DNA from: an uncultured Armatimonadetes bacterium | GTDB taxonomy: Bacteria; Armatimonadota; UBA5829; DTJY01 | Direction of reading: 5' to 3' | DNA: 64,000 nucleotides | NCBI GenBank assembly: GCA_963717145.1 | Contig: OY970325.1 | Coordinates: forward strand, 2,336,001-2,400,000 | Shown: piece by piece, positions 21,501 through 30,201 of the stretch | Numbering within the stretch: the stretch's first letter is position 1 | Layout of the letters: every line of letters starts with the position of its first letter | Translations under genes and position numbers: made by a program | The notes under the pieces: model-generated | What the model was told of the DNA's origin: nothing | The model's input: the letters and a program-made list of their open reading frames with translations, nothing else | Database searches by the model: none

Positions 21501-23816
21501 AACACCCCCGTCAGCATCGTCTCAGACCAGACGACGCAAGCCGCAGGAACGTACATCCGGTCAGGAACGCTTCAAGTGACCATCGTGCCTTCGGAGGCAG
21601 TCACGGCGGGCGCGCAGTGGCGGCGCGTTGGGACGAGTACCTGGCGCAACAGCGGGACATATGAAGGTGGTATACCGTACGGGCAGTATCTGGTCGAGTT
21701 CAGGGAGATCGGCGGATATGTGAAGCCCAACAACATCCCGGTTGCCTTCAGTACAAGCTCGCTGTGCCGTATCATGGCGGAATACCGATCGCCTGGTTTG
21801 GTAGTCGCCTGGGGCGGCAACGGTGACGGCCAGTGCGATGTGCCGTCTCCGAGCACCGAGTTTGTGGCCGTTGCCGCAGGGCATTCTCACAGTCTGGCGC
21901 TCGGACTGGACGGCTCGATCGCTGCCTGGGGAAGGAACGACAACGGCCAGTGCGACGTGCCGTATCCGAACGCAGGTTTTGTGGCCGTTGCCGCAGGAGT
22001 CGCCCACAGCCTTGGGCTGAGGTCGGACGGCTCGATTGTCGCCTGGGGATCAACTACCAGCGTGCCGTCTCCGAACTCCGGGTTCGTGGCCGTTGCCGCA
22101 GGAGTCGCCCACAGCCTTGGGCTGAGGTCGGACGGCTCGATTGCCGCCTGGGGATCGGGTGCCAGTGTGCCGTCTCCGAACGCAGGTTTTGTGGCCGTTG
22201 CCGCAGGAAGCGTCCACAGCCTGGGACTCAGATCGGATGGCTCGATTGCCGCATGGGGAAGTAACACCTACGGCGAGTGCAGCGTGCCGTCTCCGAACGC
22301 CCAATTCGTGGCCGTTGCCGCAGGAGGCCATCACAGCCTGGGGCTGAAGTCGGACGGCTCGATCGCTGCCTGGGGATACAACGTGCACGGCGAGTGCAAC
22401 GTGCCGTATCCGAACACAGAGTTCACGGCCGTTGCCGGAGGAAGTTGGCACAGCCTGGGACTCAGGTCAGACGGCTCGATCGCCGCCTGGGGATTCAACG
22501 ATGACGGCCGGTGCAGCGTGCCGCCTCCGAACACAGAGTTCACGGCCGTTGCCGCAGGAAACACGCACAGCCTTGCACTGGTCAAGCAGGGTGCCCTTCG
22601 AGTGACCATCGAGCCACCGGAAGCAGTCACTGCGGGCGCGCAGTGGCGGCGCGCAGGAACGAGTACCTGGCTGAACAGCGGAGCCACCGAAAGCAACATT
22701 CGCGTAGGCAGCTATTCGGTCGAGTTCAAGGATGTCGTGGGATGGATCACGCCTACGCACATCCACGTTAGCATCGCCGCCGACCTGACAACGGAAACCG
22801 CAGGAACCTACATCCCGACAGGCGCCCTTCGGGTTACCATCCAACCCTCGGGAGCAGTCACTGCGGGCGCGCAGTGGCGGCGCGCAGGAACGAGTACCTG
22901 GCTGAACAGCGGAGCCACCGAAAGCAACATTCCCGTAGGCAGCTATTCGGTCGAGTTCCGGTATGTCGTGGGATGGATCAAGCCTGCGAATATCGCCGTG
23001 AGCATCACCGCCGCTCAGGCAGCGGAAGCCGCCGGAATGTACGTCCCGACAGGCGCCCTGCGGGTTACCATCCAACCCTCGGGAGCAGTCACTGCGGGCG
23101 CACAGTGGCGGCGCGTAGGCACGAGTACATGGCGTAACAGCGGAGTCACGGAGAGCAGTATCCCTGTTGGCGACTACACCATCGAGTTCAAGGACGTCGC
23201 CGGATGGGTTAGGCCCGCGGGCACTCCAGTCAGCATAGCGTCGGGTCAGACCACCCAGGCCGCCGGTATGTATGCCGCAGCAGTGACCCTCGGCGCGGCG
23301 AAGGGATCAGCACACGGGACGTCTGTGAGCTTCAAAGACGGGATAGTCACGGCTGTTGTTGATGGCGGCATCTACGTCGAGGCCGTTGACCGAAGCGCTG
23401 CGGTACGAGTGACCGGCGCAACATCGGTCGCTGTTGGTGACAAGGTAGAGGTCACTGGAGTAATGGACAGGACCGGTATCGAACCGGTCATATCTGCGAG
23501 TGTACTCCGAATCATGGAAGCGGGCGCGGGAGTCCCAACACCGCTGTATGCAGGTGGCCGCGACCTGCTTGCCGAGCCCGACTCGATAGGGAAGAGGGTG
23601 CATGTCTGCGGTCAGGTGGGGCAGGCGCTGTCCGGTTCCTTCCTGGTGGATGACGGCTCGGGCAAGCCATCGAGATGCATCATGCCGGACGGAGCATCGT
23701 TCAACACTTCAGCCACGTTCGTATTGGTGACGGGCGTCGTCTCAGTCGAGTTGCGGGAGGGCACGCCCCAGCCGGTGATACTGATCCAGGCCGCCGGTGA
23801 CCTGGTCTACCCGTAG
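18552..23816 (+). CDS. Large secreted modular protein: FG-GAP propeller, Fn3-like domain, two RCC1-like propellers, 7 PEGA/Ig-like repeats, shared C-terminal domain
   Basis: 7x WGDYDNDG; 14 RCC1-type WG...AG..HSL repeats; 7x GAL(R/Q)VTI.P...GAQWRR; signal peptide. Confidence 0.85.
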   Translation: MITAMIHRMGLLLTSITVCILLLSAIPCHAGFLDISAGLPGARHSSVAWGDYDNDGDLDLALAGDTGAGYICSIYARSGGAFSLAISLTGVTDSSLAWGDYDNDGYLDLAVAGNTGSGCVCKVYRNILSGSSRTLSEAASLAGVCDGSLAWGDYDNDGDLDLSVAGSGTAAVYEYDSGAFTNINADLPGVSLCSLAWGDYDNDGDLDLALAGSTGTERISRIYRNTNGTFADISAGLTGVANCSLAWGDYDNDGFLDLALVGETVAGSAGVCTVYRNVAGGSDRTFSPMASLTAVYYASLAWGDYDNDGDLDLAVSGRRAGTVSQLTCVYQNSGGSFSAAHTVTGVCWCSIAWGDYDNDGDLDLATAGWGYEGSSWQYMSRIYRNDSAVLNTVPSAPAGLSATVNADELTMSWSAATDTQTPADGLSYNIRVGTTPLGGNIFSGMASSLGLRRLPATGNAQKKLTWTVKGLSAPQVYCSVQAVDTAFAGSPWSSSATAYQLPCSIAAWGSNTSGQCSVPSPNSRFVAVAGGHSHSLGLKSDGSIAVWGGATNVPSPNSGFVAVSAGVDYSLGLKSDGSIVAWGVNNYGQCNVPSPNSGFVAVAAGWGHGLGLRSDGSIATWGDNEEGQCSVPSPNTGFVAVAAGWYHSLGLRSDGSIVAWGQNLSGECNVPSPNSGFVAVAAGGWHSLGLRSNSSIAAWGNNYYGQCSVPSPNTGFVGVDGEYGHSLGLRSDGSIAAWGWNNVGQCNVPSPNAGFTAVAAGGQHCLALVEPGALRVTIQPSEAAAAGAQWRRLGTSTWYSSGDMESSIPTGDYTVEFKDIAGWDKPTNTPVSITYGQTTQAAVTYIPHPGALQVTIQPSGAVTAGAQWRRVGTSTWLDSGATESSITVGDYTVEFKDVAGWDKPANTPVSIVSDQTAEAGGTYVQRPGALRVTIQPSEAVTAGAQWRRVGTSTWLNSGATESSIPVGSYTVEFKDVGGWIEPANTPVSIVSDQTTQAAGTYIRSGTLQVTIVPSEAVTAGAQWRRVGTSTWRNSGTYEGGIPYGQYLVEFREIGGYVKPNNIPVAFSTSSLCRIMAEYRSPGLVVAWGGNGDGQCDVPSPSTEFVAVAAGHSHSLALGLDGSIAAWGRNDNGQCDVPYPNAGFVAVAAGVAHSLGLRSDGSIVAWGSTTSVPSPNSGFVAVAAGVAHSLGLRSDGSIAAWGSGASVPSPNAGFVAVAAGSVHSLGLRSDGSIAAWGSNTYGECSVPSPNAQFVAVAAGGHHSLGLKSDGSIAAWGYNVHGECNVPYPNTEFTAVAGGSWHSLGLRSDGSIAAWGFNDDGRCSVPPPNTEFTAVAAGNTHSLALVKQGALRVTIEPPEAVTAGAQWRRAGTSTWLNSGATESNIRVGSYSVEFKDVVGWITPTHIHVSIAADLTTETAGTYIPTGALRVTIQPSGAVTAGAQWRRAGTSTWLNSGATESNIPVGSYSVEFRYVVGWIKPANIAVSITAAQAAEAAGMYVPTGALRVTIQPSGAVTAGAQWRRVGTSTWRNSGVTESSIPVGDYTIEFKDVAGWVRPAGTPVSIASGQTTQAAGMYAAAVTLGAAKGSAHGTSVSFKDGIVTAVVDGGIYVEAVDRSAAVRVTGATSVAVGDKVEVTGVMDRTGIEPVISASVLRIMEAGAGVPTPLYAGGRDLLAEPDSIGKRVHVCGQVGQALSGSFLVDDGSGKPSRCIMPDGASFNTSATFVLVTGVVSVELREGTPQPVILIQAAGDLVYP

Positions 23817-23888
23817 TACCAACCGCCTTCCAGATGGTCCGACGCAGGTCGGGCAGAGCCGGGGAGCCAATCCCATATTTGAAGAGTG

Positions 23889-23921
23889 AGGCAGAGCAGT
23901 TGTATAATTGCTCTGCCTTTT
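23889..23921 (+). terminator. Probable intrinsic terminator
   Basis: AGGCAGAGCA...TGCTCTGCCT stem followed by T run, downstream of the large gene. Confidence 0.55.
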
Positions 23922-23960
23922 GTGTTACAGTGGCTCTCGTCAGCGGCGGTAGCGCGCAGA

Positions 23961-24040
23961 TGGAGAACATCCTGGCGATATATGAGGAAGCGACGGGCAA
24001 GAGGCTGTTCAAGACGCTTCACGATGGGAACGACCCTTGA
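23961..24040 (+). pseudogene. Orphan duplicate of the UROD-family gene 3' end (ENILAIYEEATGKRL...)
   Basis: Direct repeat of 18291-18337 with only synonymous differences; no upstream gene body. Confidence 0.75.
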
Positions 24041-24117
24041 AACTGGGTGGGTGGGCGGGTACAAACTCCGGAAACGGCAGAACATCGGAGTTTGTACCCG
24101 CCCACCCACCCAGTTTC
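24039..24117. repeat. REP-like palindrome with perfect 32-bp arms
   Basis: GAAACTGGGTGGGTGGGCGGGTACAAACTCCG and its reverse complement. Confidence 0.85.
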
Positions 24118-24146
24118 CCAGTATGATCAAGCGATAGGAGAAGCGC

Positions 24147-25565
24147 ATGACTACAGAACTAGAGACCCCAAGCACCGAAGCAACCGAAAAACTGAACCTG
24201 AAATACGTCTGGACCATATCACTCGTCGCCGCGCTCGGCGGCCTGATGTTCGGCTACGACTGGGTGGTGGTCGGAGGGGCGAAGCTCTTCTACGAGAAGT
24301 TCTTCCATCTCACCGACCCCAATCAGATCGGATGGGCCATGAGCTGTGCCCTGGTCGGATGCCTGATCGGCGCATTGGCCGCGGGGGCGCTGAGCGACAA
24401 GTTCGGGCGCAGACGGCTGCTGATCGCGGCGGGGTTCATCTTCATCTACTCCTCAGTGGCGATCGCCCTCACGCGGGATTTCAATGCATTCGTGCTCTAC
24501 CGGATACTCGGCGGAATCGCCATCGGTCTGGCCTCCAACCTCTCGCCGGTCTACATCGCCGAGATCGCGCCCGCCCACATGCGAGGCCGACTGGTCGCGG
24601 TCAACCAGCTCACCATCGTCATCGGAGTGCTGCTTGCACAACTGGTGAACTGGCTCATCGCTCAGCCCATGGTTCCCGGTGCGACCGACCAGGCGATCCT
24701 GGCCTCGTGGAACGGGCAGATCGGCTGGAGATGGATGTTCGGCGCAACCGCCGTTCCCGCCACGCTCTTCTTCGTACTATCGTTCCTGATCCCGGAGAGC
24801 CCCAGGTGGCTGGTCAAGAACGGCAGCGACACCCGCGCCATGCATGTCCTGGAGAAGATCGGAGGGGCATCATACGCCGCGCGATCGCTCGTCAGCATCA
24901 AGGACACTCTGGTCAACGAGATCGGGAAGGTGAACTTCCGCGACCTCCTGCAGCCGAAGACGATGCGGATCATAGTCATCGGGGCGACGCTCGCCGTGCT
25001 CTCGCAGTGGAGCGGCATCAACGTGATACTCTACTACGGCCAGGAGGTCTTCACGGCGGCGGGCTATAAGGTCTCGGACATCCTGTTCAACATCGTCATC
25101 ACGGGCGCGGTGTTGCTCGTCTTCACGTTCGTCGCCATCGGAACGGTCGACCGAGGCGGGCGGAAGATACTCCTGCTGATCGGTTTGGCTGGCCTCACCA
25201 TCATCCACTCGGCCATCGGGTACTGCTTCCGCATCGAGAGCCAGGGCCTGCACGTCCTGATCCTCATCATGGCGGCGGTCGCCCTCTATGCGATGTCCCT
25301 CGCGGCGATGACCTGGGTGGTGCTCTCCGAGATATTCCCCAACCGCATACGTGGGGCGGCGATGTCGATCGCAGTGTTCGCGCTCTGGGCGGGCAATTTC
25401 GGGCTGACCTACTCGTTCCCGCATCTCCAGAAATCAGTCGGCGCGTCAGGCGCATTCTGGGTCTACGCGGCGATCTGCGGCGCAGGGTTCATCTTCGTCT
25501 CCCTCTGCATCCCCGAGACCAAAGGCAAGACCCTCGAGGAGATCGAACGGGAACTGGTCGACTGA
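24147..25565 (+). CDS. Sugar porter (SP family) MFS transporter, XylE/AraE-like
   Basis: GGLMFGYD, DKFGRR, YIAEIAP..RG, PESPRWL, SEIFP, PETKGKTLEEI. Confidence 0.95.
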   Translation: MTTELETPSTEATEKLNLKYVWTISLVAALGGLMFGYDWVVVGGAKLFYEKFFHLTDPNQIGWAMSCALVGCLIGALAAGALSDKFGRRRLLIAAGFIFIYSSVAIALTRDFNAFVLYRILGGIAIGLASNLSPVYIAEIAPAHMRGRLVAVNQLTIVIGVLLAQLVNWLIAQPMVPGATDQAILASWNGQIGWRWMFGATAVPATLFFVLSFLIPESPRWLVKNGSDTRAMHVLEKIGGASYAARSLVSIKDTLVNEIGKVNFRDLLQPKTMRIIVIGATLAVLSQWSGINVILYYGQEVFTAAGYKVSDILFNIVITGAVLLVFTFVAIGTVDRGGRKILLLIGLAGLTIIHSAIGYCFRIESQGLHVLILIMAAVALYAMSLAAMTWVVLSEIFPNRIRGAAMSIAVFALWAGNFGLTYSFPHLQKSVGASGAFWVYAAICGAGFIFVSLCIPETKGKTLEEIERELVD

Positions 25566-25773
25566 TGCAGCTCGCGACCTGGCCTCAGGCGGATTGGAGC
25601 AGGATCAAACCGTTCCGCCACCCCGTCCGCCGAATTCGAGTTTGCAAAGAGCAAGTTGCCTAAGTCATTCCACGCATACCGCGAAGGATGATACTGTTTT
25701 TTCTACCAGGGATTGAGGATTCGTCGTCCGACGTTGGATATTCGCTGATTGATCCCGGGGGTGTCCGGCCAAC

Positions 25774-27330
25774 TCAACGGGAGTGGCCTTCCGAAACGGT
25801 GCTGGTCTGGGAAGGCGAGGAAGGCGAGAAAGGTGAGTACGGTGCTCTTTCCTCTGCCACCAGCAAGTCAGGGGCAGTCTGCGCGACATGGATATCGGCC
25901 AGCGATAGCTGCTGATCATCAGCGGACCTGCCGTAATGCTCCAACAACCGACGAACTGCCGTGGATGGCTTCGTACCGTTCCTGTGCTTGAATCTATGGT
26001 CAAGAAGAAGTCCAAGGAACTCATCCCGTTGGGTGTCAGACAGATCGCTAAGCTCCCGCCACCAGCGCTCGGTCGTCCCGTTGTTCTTATGGGTCCTTCG
26101 ATGGATGATGTAGTCTTCCGGCATCAGCAGAATCTTATGGAACTCGGTCACGTCTGCACCAAAGGCTGCGTTGAAGAAGTCTAGGCGGTGGGTGACGGCG
26201 CCGTATGTAGGTATTAGAATACACTGTATTGCTCGGAGAGATTTGCGATTCCAGTTTCTTCCTACATTTCCGGGTGTACTTGTTAAGCGATCCTTGCTCT
26301 GCAGATCAACATAGCGCATTGGAAACGAAAACAGCTGGATGCCCAAGTCCTGATTGAGCTCGACGTTGAGCTTGAGCCGCTCATAAAGGTCCTCAGGCCT
26401 GTCATGATAGTTGTAGAGCACATAGTTCGACAGCCTGCGAATTCCATGCTTCACCGCAAGCCGAACCTTCGATTCGTATAAGTCCTTGTCTGCGATGCTG
26501 TCGAAGGCGAGACGTAACGGCTGGATGGCAATCTCGCTGAGAAGCCCTGCATTCGTGTCGGACAGCAGCCGCATATCTACCCCTTGGTTGAAATCGACTC
26601 TGCGGCGCAGGGATATGGTCTGCCCTGCTTTGCCTTCACGCTTGAGGACCTCTCCCCGACCGAATCCGGAGAGCTTGATCTGTTCTACAATATCGGCAAA
26701 GCGCGTCGAAGCGAGTACATTGTTATCGAGTAGAACAAGATCTCTCTTCTTCCCATATCGCTGGTCTATCTCGGCCATGTGGTCAGCCAGGGGGATGTAG
26801 TCTTTGAACTCGGGCTCTATCTTGTGTACGGCACAGAACGAGCAGCGTCTGATGCAGCCACGAGTAGCGTATGCAAAATACGCGTCAGAGACCGGATACT
26901 CAACTGTATCCAAGAGGCTGTAATCGGGTAGCAGCGAATCAATCAGGCCGTCATCCTCGTATCCCAGCTTGCCGTTCTCATCCAGGAGCTGCTCTACTAC
27001 TCGGCAAGAGACCGATGTCCTGATATCATTGGCCATGAGGGTTGCCATAACTCCGCCGACTACCAGATTCTCGGCTGCGGGCTCTTTCACACTCTGCTGA
27101 TAGTACTTGAGTGCCCCTATGGTGTGAGCCCAATGGTAGGTGAACAAGCTTGAGACATAGACTCGGTCCCACTTCTCTTGGCGGTCGCGCTTCGTCGGGT
27201 CCAATCCCTTCACGAATTCGACGTGGTCACCTTTCCCCCTGTGATACTGGGAGATCTTCATCAGACCCAGCGGAGGGTACTTCTGCTTGTAGGCGGGATC
27301 GACGAGAAGAACATGTCGCTGGTTATGCAC
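25774..27330 (-). CDS. Radical SAM enzyme with a B12-binding-like N-terminal domain
   Basis: VLLVDP...YPPLGLMKIS; VVGG; PDY; TRGCIRRCSFC (CxxxCxxC); LLDNN; DFNQG. Confidence 0.88.
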   Translation of the reverse strand: MHNQRHVLLVDPAYKQKYPPLGLMKISQYHRGKGDHVEFVKGLDPTKRDRQEKWDRVYVSSLFTYHWAHTIGALKYYQQSVKEPAAENLVVGGVMATLMANDIRTSVSCRVVEQLLDENGKLGYEDDGLIDSLLPDYSLLDTVEYPVSDAYFAYATRGCIRRCSFCAVHKIEPEFKDYIPLADHMAEIDQRYGKKRDLVLLDNNVLASTRFADIVEQIKLSGFGRGEVLKREGKAGQTISLRRRVDFNQGVDMRLLSDTNAGLLSEIAIQPLRLAFDSIADKDLYESKVRLAVKHGIRRLSNYVLYNYHDRPEDLYERLKLNVELNQDLGIQLFSFPMRYVDLQSKDRLTSTPGNVGRNWNRKSLRAIQCILIPTYGAVTHRLDFFNAAFGADVTEFHKILLMPEDYIIHRRTHKNNGTTERWWRELSDLSDTQRDEFLGLLLDHRFKHRNGTKPSTAVRRLLEHYGRSADDQQLSLADIHVAQTAPDLLVAEERAPYSPFSPSSPSQTSTVSEGHSR

Positions 27331-28302
27331 TCATGCCTCCTCACCGAAGAACTCTTGTGTTGCCCCGACGTTGTCAACTGGTTCTTCTGTTTCCCAATCT
27401 CCACACGGTTCCCGCACAATCGTTTCATCGGTTGCTCTTGAACTCATGCCCAAGAGGAAATCACGGGCCGTCTGTGTCTCCTTTGGAAACGCAAGGCGTC
27501 TGGGGTCGTACCTACACAGTATCGTAAAGTGCAGCATCGGACTGCCGGGTGTGTGGCCCACATACTTCACCATAGGAAGAAAATGCGTGCTTATCGCCCG
27601 CCCATTGCAGTAGTCCCTCATCATAGTAAAGACAAATGCCTTTAGATGAGCGGAACTCCTAACCATCTGCTGCTGTCCATCGCCACCCCGTGCGAGAGGT
27701 GGCAGTCCTTGCAGATAAGTGTGGGTCGCCTCAGGCAAGTCGGCACGGTTTGCCAATTCGTCCAGTATCGCGATCTTGCAGTCCTCGCGAATCGTGAGCA
27801 GGATCACAAAGCGTGGGTCTCCCCCATTCCGCAGCAGATCCTCCTGAATCGACGTTAGACTCCTCAATGCCGCAAAACGCAGGCATTTCTCGCCACCTGG
27901 CTGTTTTATCTTTCCCGTGATGGCATTGCAGAAATCGAGGTTGAACAAGGTGACGACCTCATCAAGCCCAAATGCCTCGTTGTTGTCATCCCTGCCAGAC
28001 AGGAACGCGCTTTCCAGGTACCCCGTAAACACCCTGCTCGGGATCCCTGTTCTCCGCAAGGTAGCTGTGAGGTCGATTAGGTTCTGACGGGGATTCCGTA
28101 ACCGTCTGTCCTCAAGCTCAAACGCTATGACACGTCTGATCATGTTCCGCCAGAGCAAGATATCCAAGGCCTCCGGGCCGGGCAGTCCGCAGTATAGATA
28201 GTCTCTGTGGAATTGGTCACGTATGGCCTGAAGAACTGGGGTATTCCATACCGACCGGACGGTCTCTTTTCTGGGGGAGTTAGTTGACGCAGCGGCAGAC
28301 AT
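27331..28302 (-). CDS. Hypothetical protein, putative SAM-dependent Rossmann methyltransferase fold
   Basis: YCGLPGPEALD glycine loop, VIAFE acidic strand end, LFNLDFC, KY.G...SPMLHF; abuts both neighbours. Confidence 0.5.
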   Translation of the reverse strand: MSAAASTNSPRKETVRSVWNTPVLQAIRDQFHRDYLYCGLPGPEALDILLWRNMIRRVIAFELEDRRLRNPRQNLIDLTATLRRTGIPSRVFTGYLESAFLSGRDDNNEAFGLDEVVTLFNLDFCNAITGKIKQPGGEKCLRFAALRSLTSIQEDLLRNGGDPRFVILLTIREDCKIAILDELANRADLPEATHTYLQGLPPLARGGDGQQQMVRSSAHLKAFVFTMMRDYCNGRAISTHFLPMVKYVGHTPGSPMLHFTILCRYDPRRLAFPKETQTARDFLLGMSSRATDETIVREPCGDWETEEPVDNVGATQEFFGEEA

Positions 28303-29909
28303 CAGGCTCGCTCCTCCAGATACTCCCGAAGTGCCTCCAGCTCAGCGGTGTACTGATCTGGCGACAAATGCGGTTTGACAAGACGATCATCAATATAAGC
28401 AACAGCAAGCCTCATCGGCTCCGTGACGACAATATCGAGGGCTTCCAGTGCATCGGTCAACGTGCGCGGACGGTCCTCCCTATGCGCGGTCTCTTCTTCT
28501 GTCGGCTCCTCGCCCTCGCGATCAGCCACTCGGTCAACTAGGTCTCTCGGCTTCACCTTCTTCTTCTGGCTGAGAATGCCCTGGATACCCTTCTCAGCTT
28601 CGTCCAAGACCTCGACAGCCTGCTCAAGACGGTCTTTCCTATCCTTCGCCAGGATGGGCTTATATAGGCTGAGCGCTTTCCTGATGTTGGCCAACTCCAC
28701 AATGAGCTTCATGAGTTCATCAACGTCGGTCCTGACTTCAGGCAACAACTTGTTGATCGCAAACACACGGGGCTGCGCCTCGTCGAGAACCTCATAGGCC
28801 TTCAGCTGATTCTGAATCTTGGTACCCCATGTCTGCAGTTCGGAGATGACTTCAGACAGCGCAACCCTGAAGCGCCCGCGAGTTTCGTTGTTCTCGAAAT
28901 CAGATCGGGCAGCATTGGGAACTAGGTCCCGATGCTGGGCAATGACCTCGCCTGTCATTCGACGATACAGGACCGTCTTGCTGAAATATGGCTCGAGGTA
29001 CTCCCGGTTCGCGATGGAGAAGCCGTACTTCTTGACCAAGAGCCCCCGAAGCTCTCTATCACTCAGAACCGTCCTTGCATCGTTGAGGCATGCCCAAACG
29101 AAGCCAAAGTGCTCTTTGGTTTCTCGATCAGTAATATTGGATATTCTCGGCTCGAACTGGCCACCGTGGACAAACACATCGTCGGTGTATGGTCGGTACA
29201 ATGGCGACGCCTGAGTACCTACGCGCAGGACGAGGTCCACTACCCTGTAATCTGTGTCCTTGAATTTCTTGGTGATCACGTCGCGGTATCTGAAATCAGG
29301 AGCGAATGGAAGAGGGACCGTGTTGCGCAGGTAGGCTCTGACTGCACCCAAGTCGGCCAACTGCCTGGATACGGCCGCTCTGACACCTATCATCATAACG
29401 AGCGTGCCTGGACGCTGCAATGGTGCTTCTTGGTCGTCGTCAACTGCCACCGCCTGGCTCATCATCTTCTCGAGATGGAGGCTGCTTGGTCGGCCTAGCT
29501 TACGCTTCTCTTCTTCGTCCTCCAGCATGTCGCGAACATCGCGGAACGCCACCGTGATGATTGAGGCAGAGCCGTCCTCGTGTCGAGTATGGATCTCCAG
29601 GTTATCGCAGAGGTTGAAACTGCTGTAGATACCGATTCCCCGAAAGCCCACATTGTCCAAAGGGTTCTTGTCCGACATTCCCAGTCGGATTGCACTTATA
29701 GCGCCATCTCGGGTCATGCCGATTCCGTTATCTCGGACCGACACCACGTCCTTGGTCAGCTCTATCTCAATGCGCGATGCTTTCGCGTCGATAGAATTCT
29801 GGATGTACTCCCTAAGGGCATCAAGCGGATCCCTGTATAGCCCACTGGTAAGTGCAGGGAATAGCTCGGCTCCGATGTCCTCCGGGGCAAAACGTCTTAT
29901 TGGACTCAT
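28302..29909 (-). CDS. GHKL (HSP90/MORC-like) ATPase with helical/coiled-coil C-terminus
   Basis: LREYIQNSIDA, VRDNGIGM, VGFRGIG, GT; S5-like region with VPNAARSDF; GGAGG RBS. Confidence 0.88.
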   Translation of the reverse strand: MSPIRRFAPEDIGAELFPALTSGLYRDPLDALREYIQNSIDAKASRIEIELTKDVVSVRDNGIGMTRDGAISAIRLGMSDKNPLDNVGFRGIGIYSSFNLCDNLEIHTRHEDGSASIITVAFRDVRDMLEDEEEKRKLGRPSSLHLEKMMSQAVAVDDDQEAPLQRPGTLVMMIGVRAAVSRQLADLGAVRAYLRNTVPLPFAPDFRYRDVITKKFKDTDYRVVDLVLRVGTQASPLYRPYTDDVFVHGGQFEPRISNITDRETKEHFGFVWACLNDARTVLSDRELRGLLVKKYGFSIANREYLEPYFSKTVLYRRMTGEVIAQHRDLVPNAARSDFENNETRGRFRVALSEVISELQTWGTKIQNQLKAYEVLDEAQPRVFAINKLLPEVRTDVDELMKLIVELANIRKALSLYKPILAKDRKDRLEQAVEVLDEAEKGIQGILSQKKKVKPRDLVDRVADREGEEPTEEETAHREDRPRTLTDALEALDIVVTEPMRLAVAYIDDRLVKPHLSPDQYTAELEALREYLEERA

Positions 29910-30201
29910 GTCGGTTCCCTCCAAATGAAGCGGCTGATAGGCCAGCGAATATCAAGCCGGCACCAGGATAACCAAGAATACCATCATAGACCCACGTCAT
30001 GCAAGAACACTGGGAAAGGGGTCCGGCTGCCCGGCTCGTGAAAGAGACACGCGTCCGGTGGGTAAACCTCGCCACGGCCACTTGTGAAGAGGTCACGGCG
30101 TGAAGTACCTGTTCCGGCGATCATCATCCATGCAATCGTGGACGGAGGGTGACATCGCTCCCGATGCACCGGGTGATCTTCTCGGTCATCACCCACCATG
30201 C

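Noticed and set aside
20058-22580. Regular ~117-bp DNA repeats as a CRISPR array or DGR
   Set aside because: They are in-frame RCC1-like protein repeats; no reverse transcriptase or template/variable repeat pair seen
23947-23958. ops-like GGCGGTAGCGCG
   Set aside because: Short GC-rich match likely by chance; no long operon or RfaH/NusG paralog nearby
25774-27330. Viperin or tRNA-modifying (MiaB/QueE) radical SAM
   Set aside because: Length, N-terminal YPPLGL domain, lack of a TRAM domain and gene context do not fit those families
25570-30200. att sites, tRNA or integrase bounding the three-gene island
   Set aside because: No flanking direct repeat, tRNA or recombinase found by eye; the acquisition mechanism is unresolved
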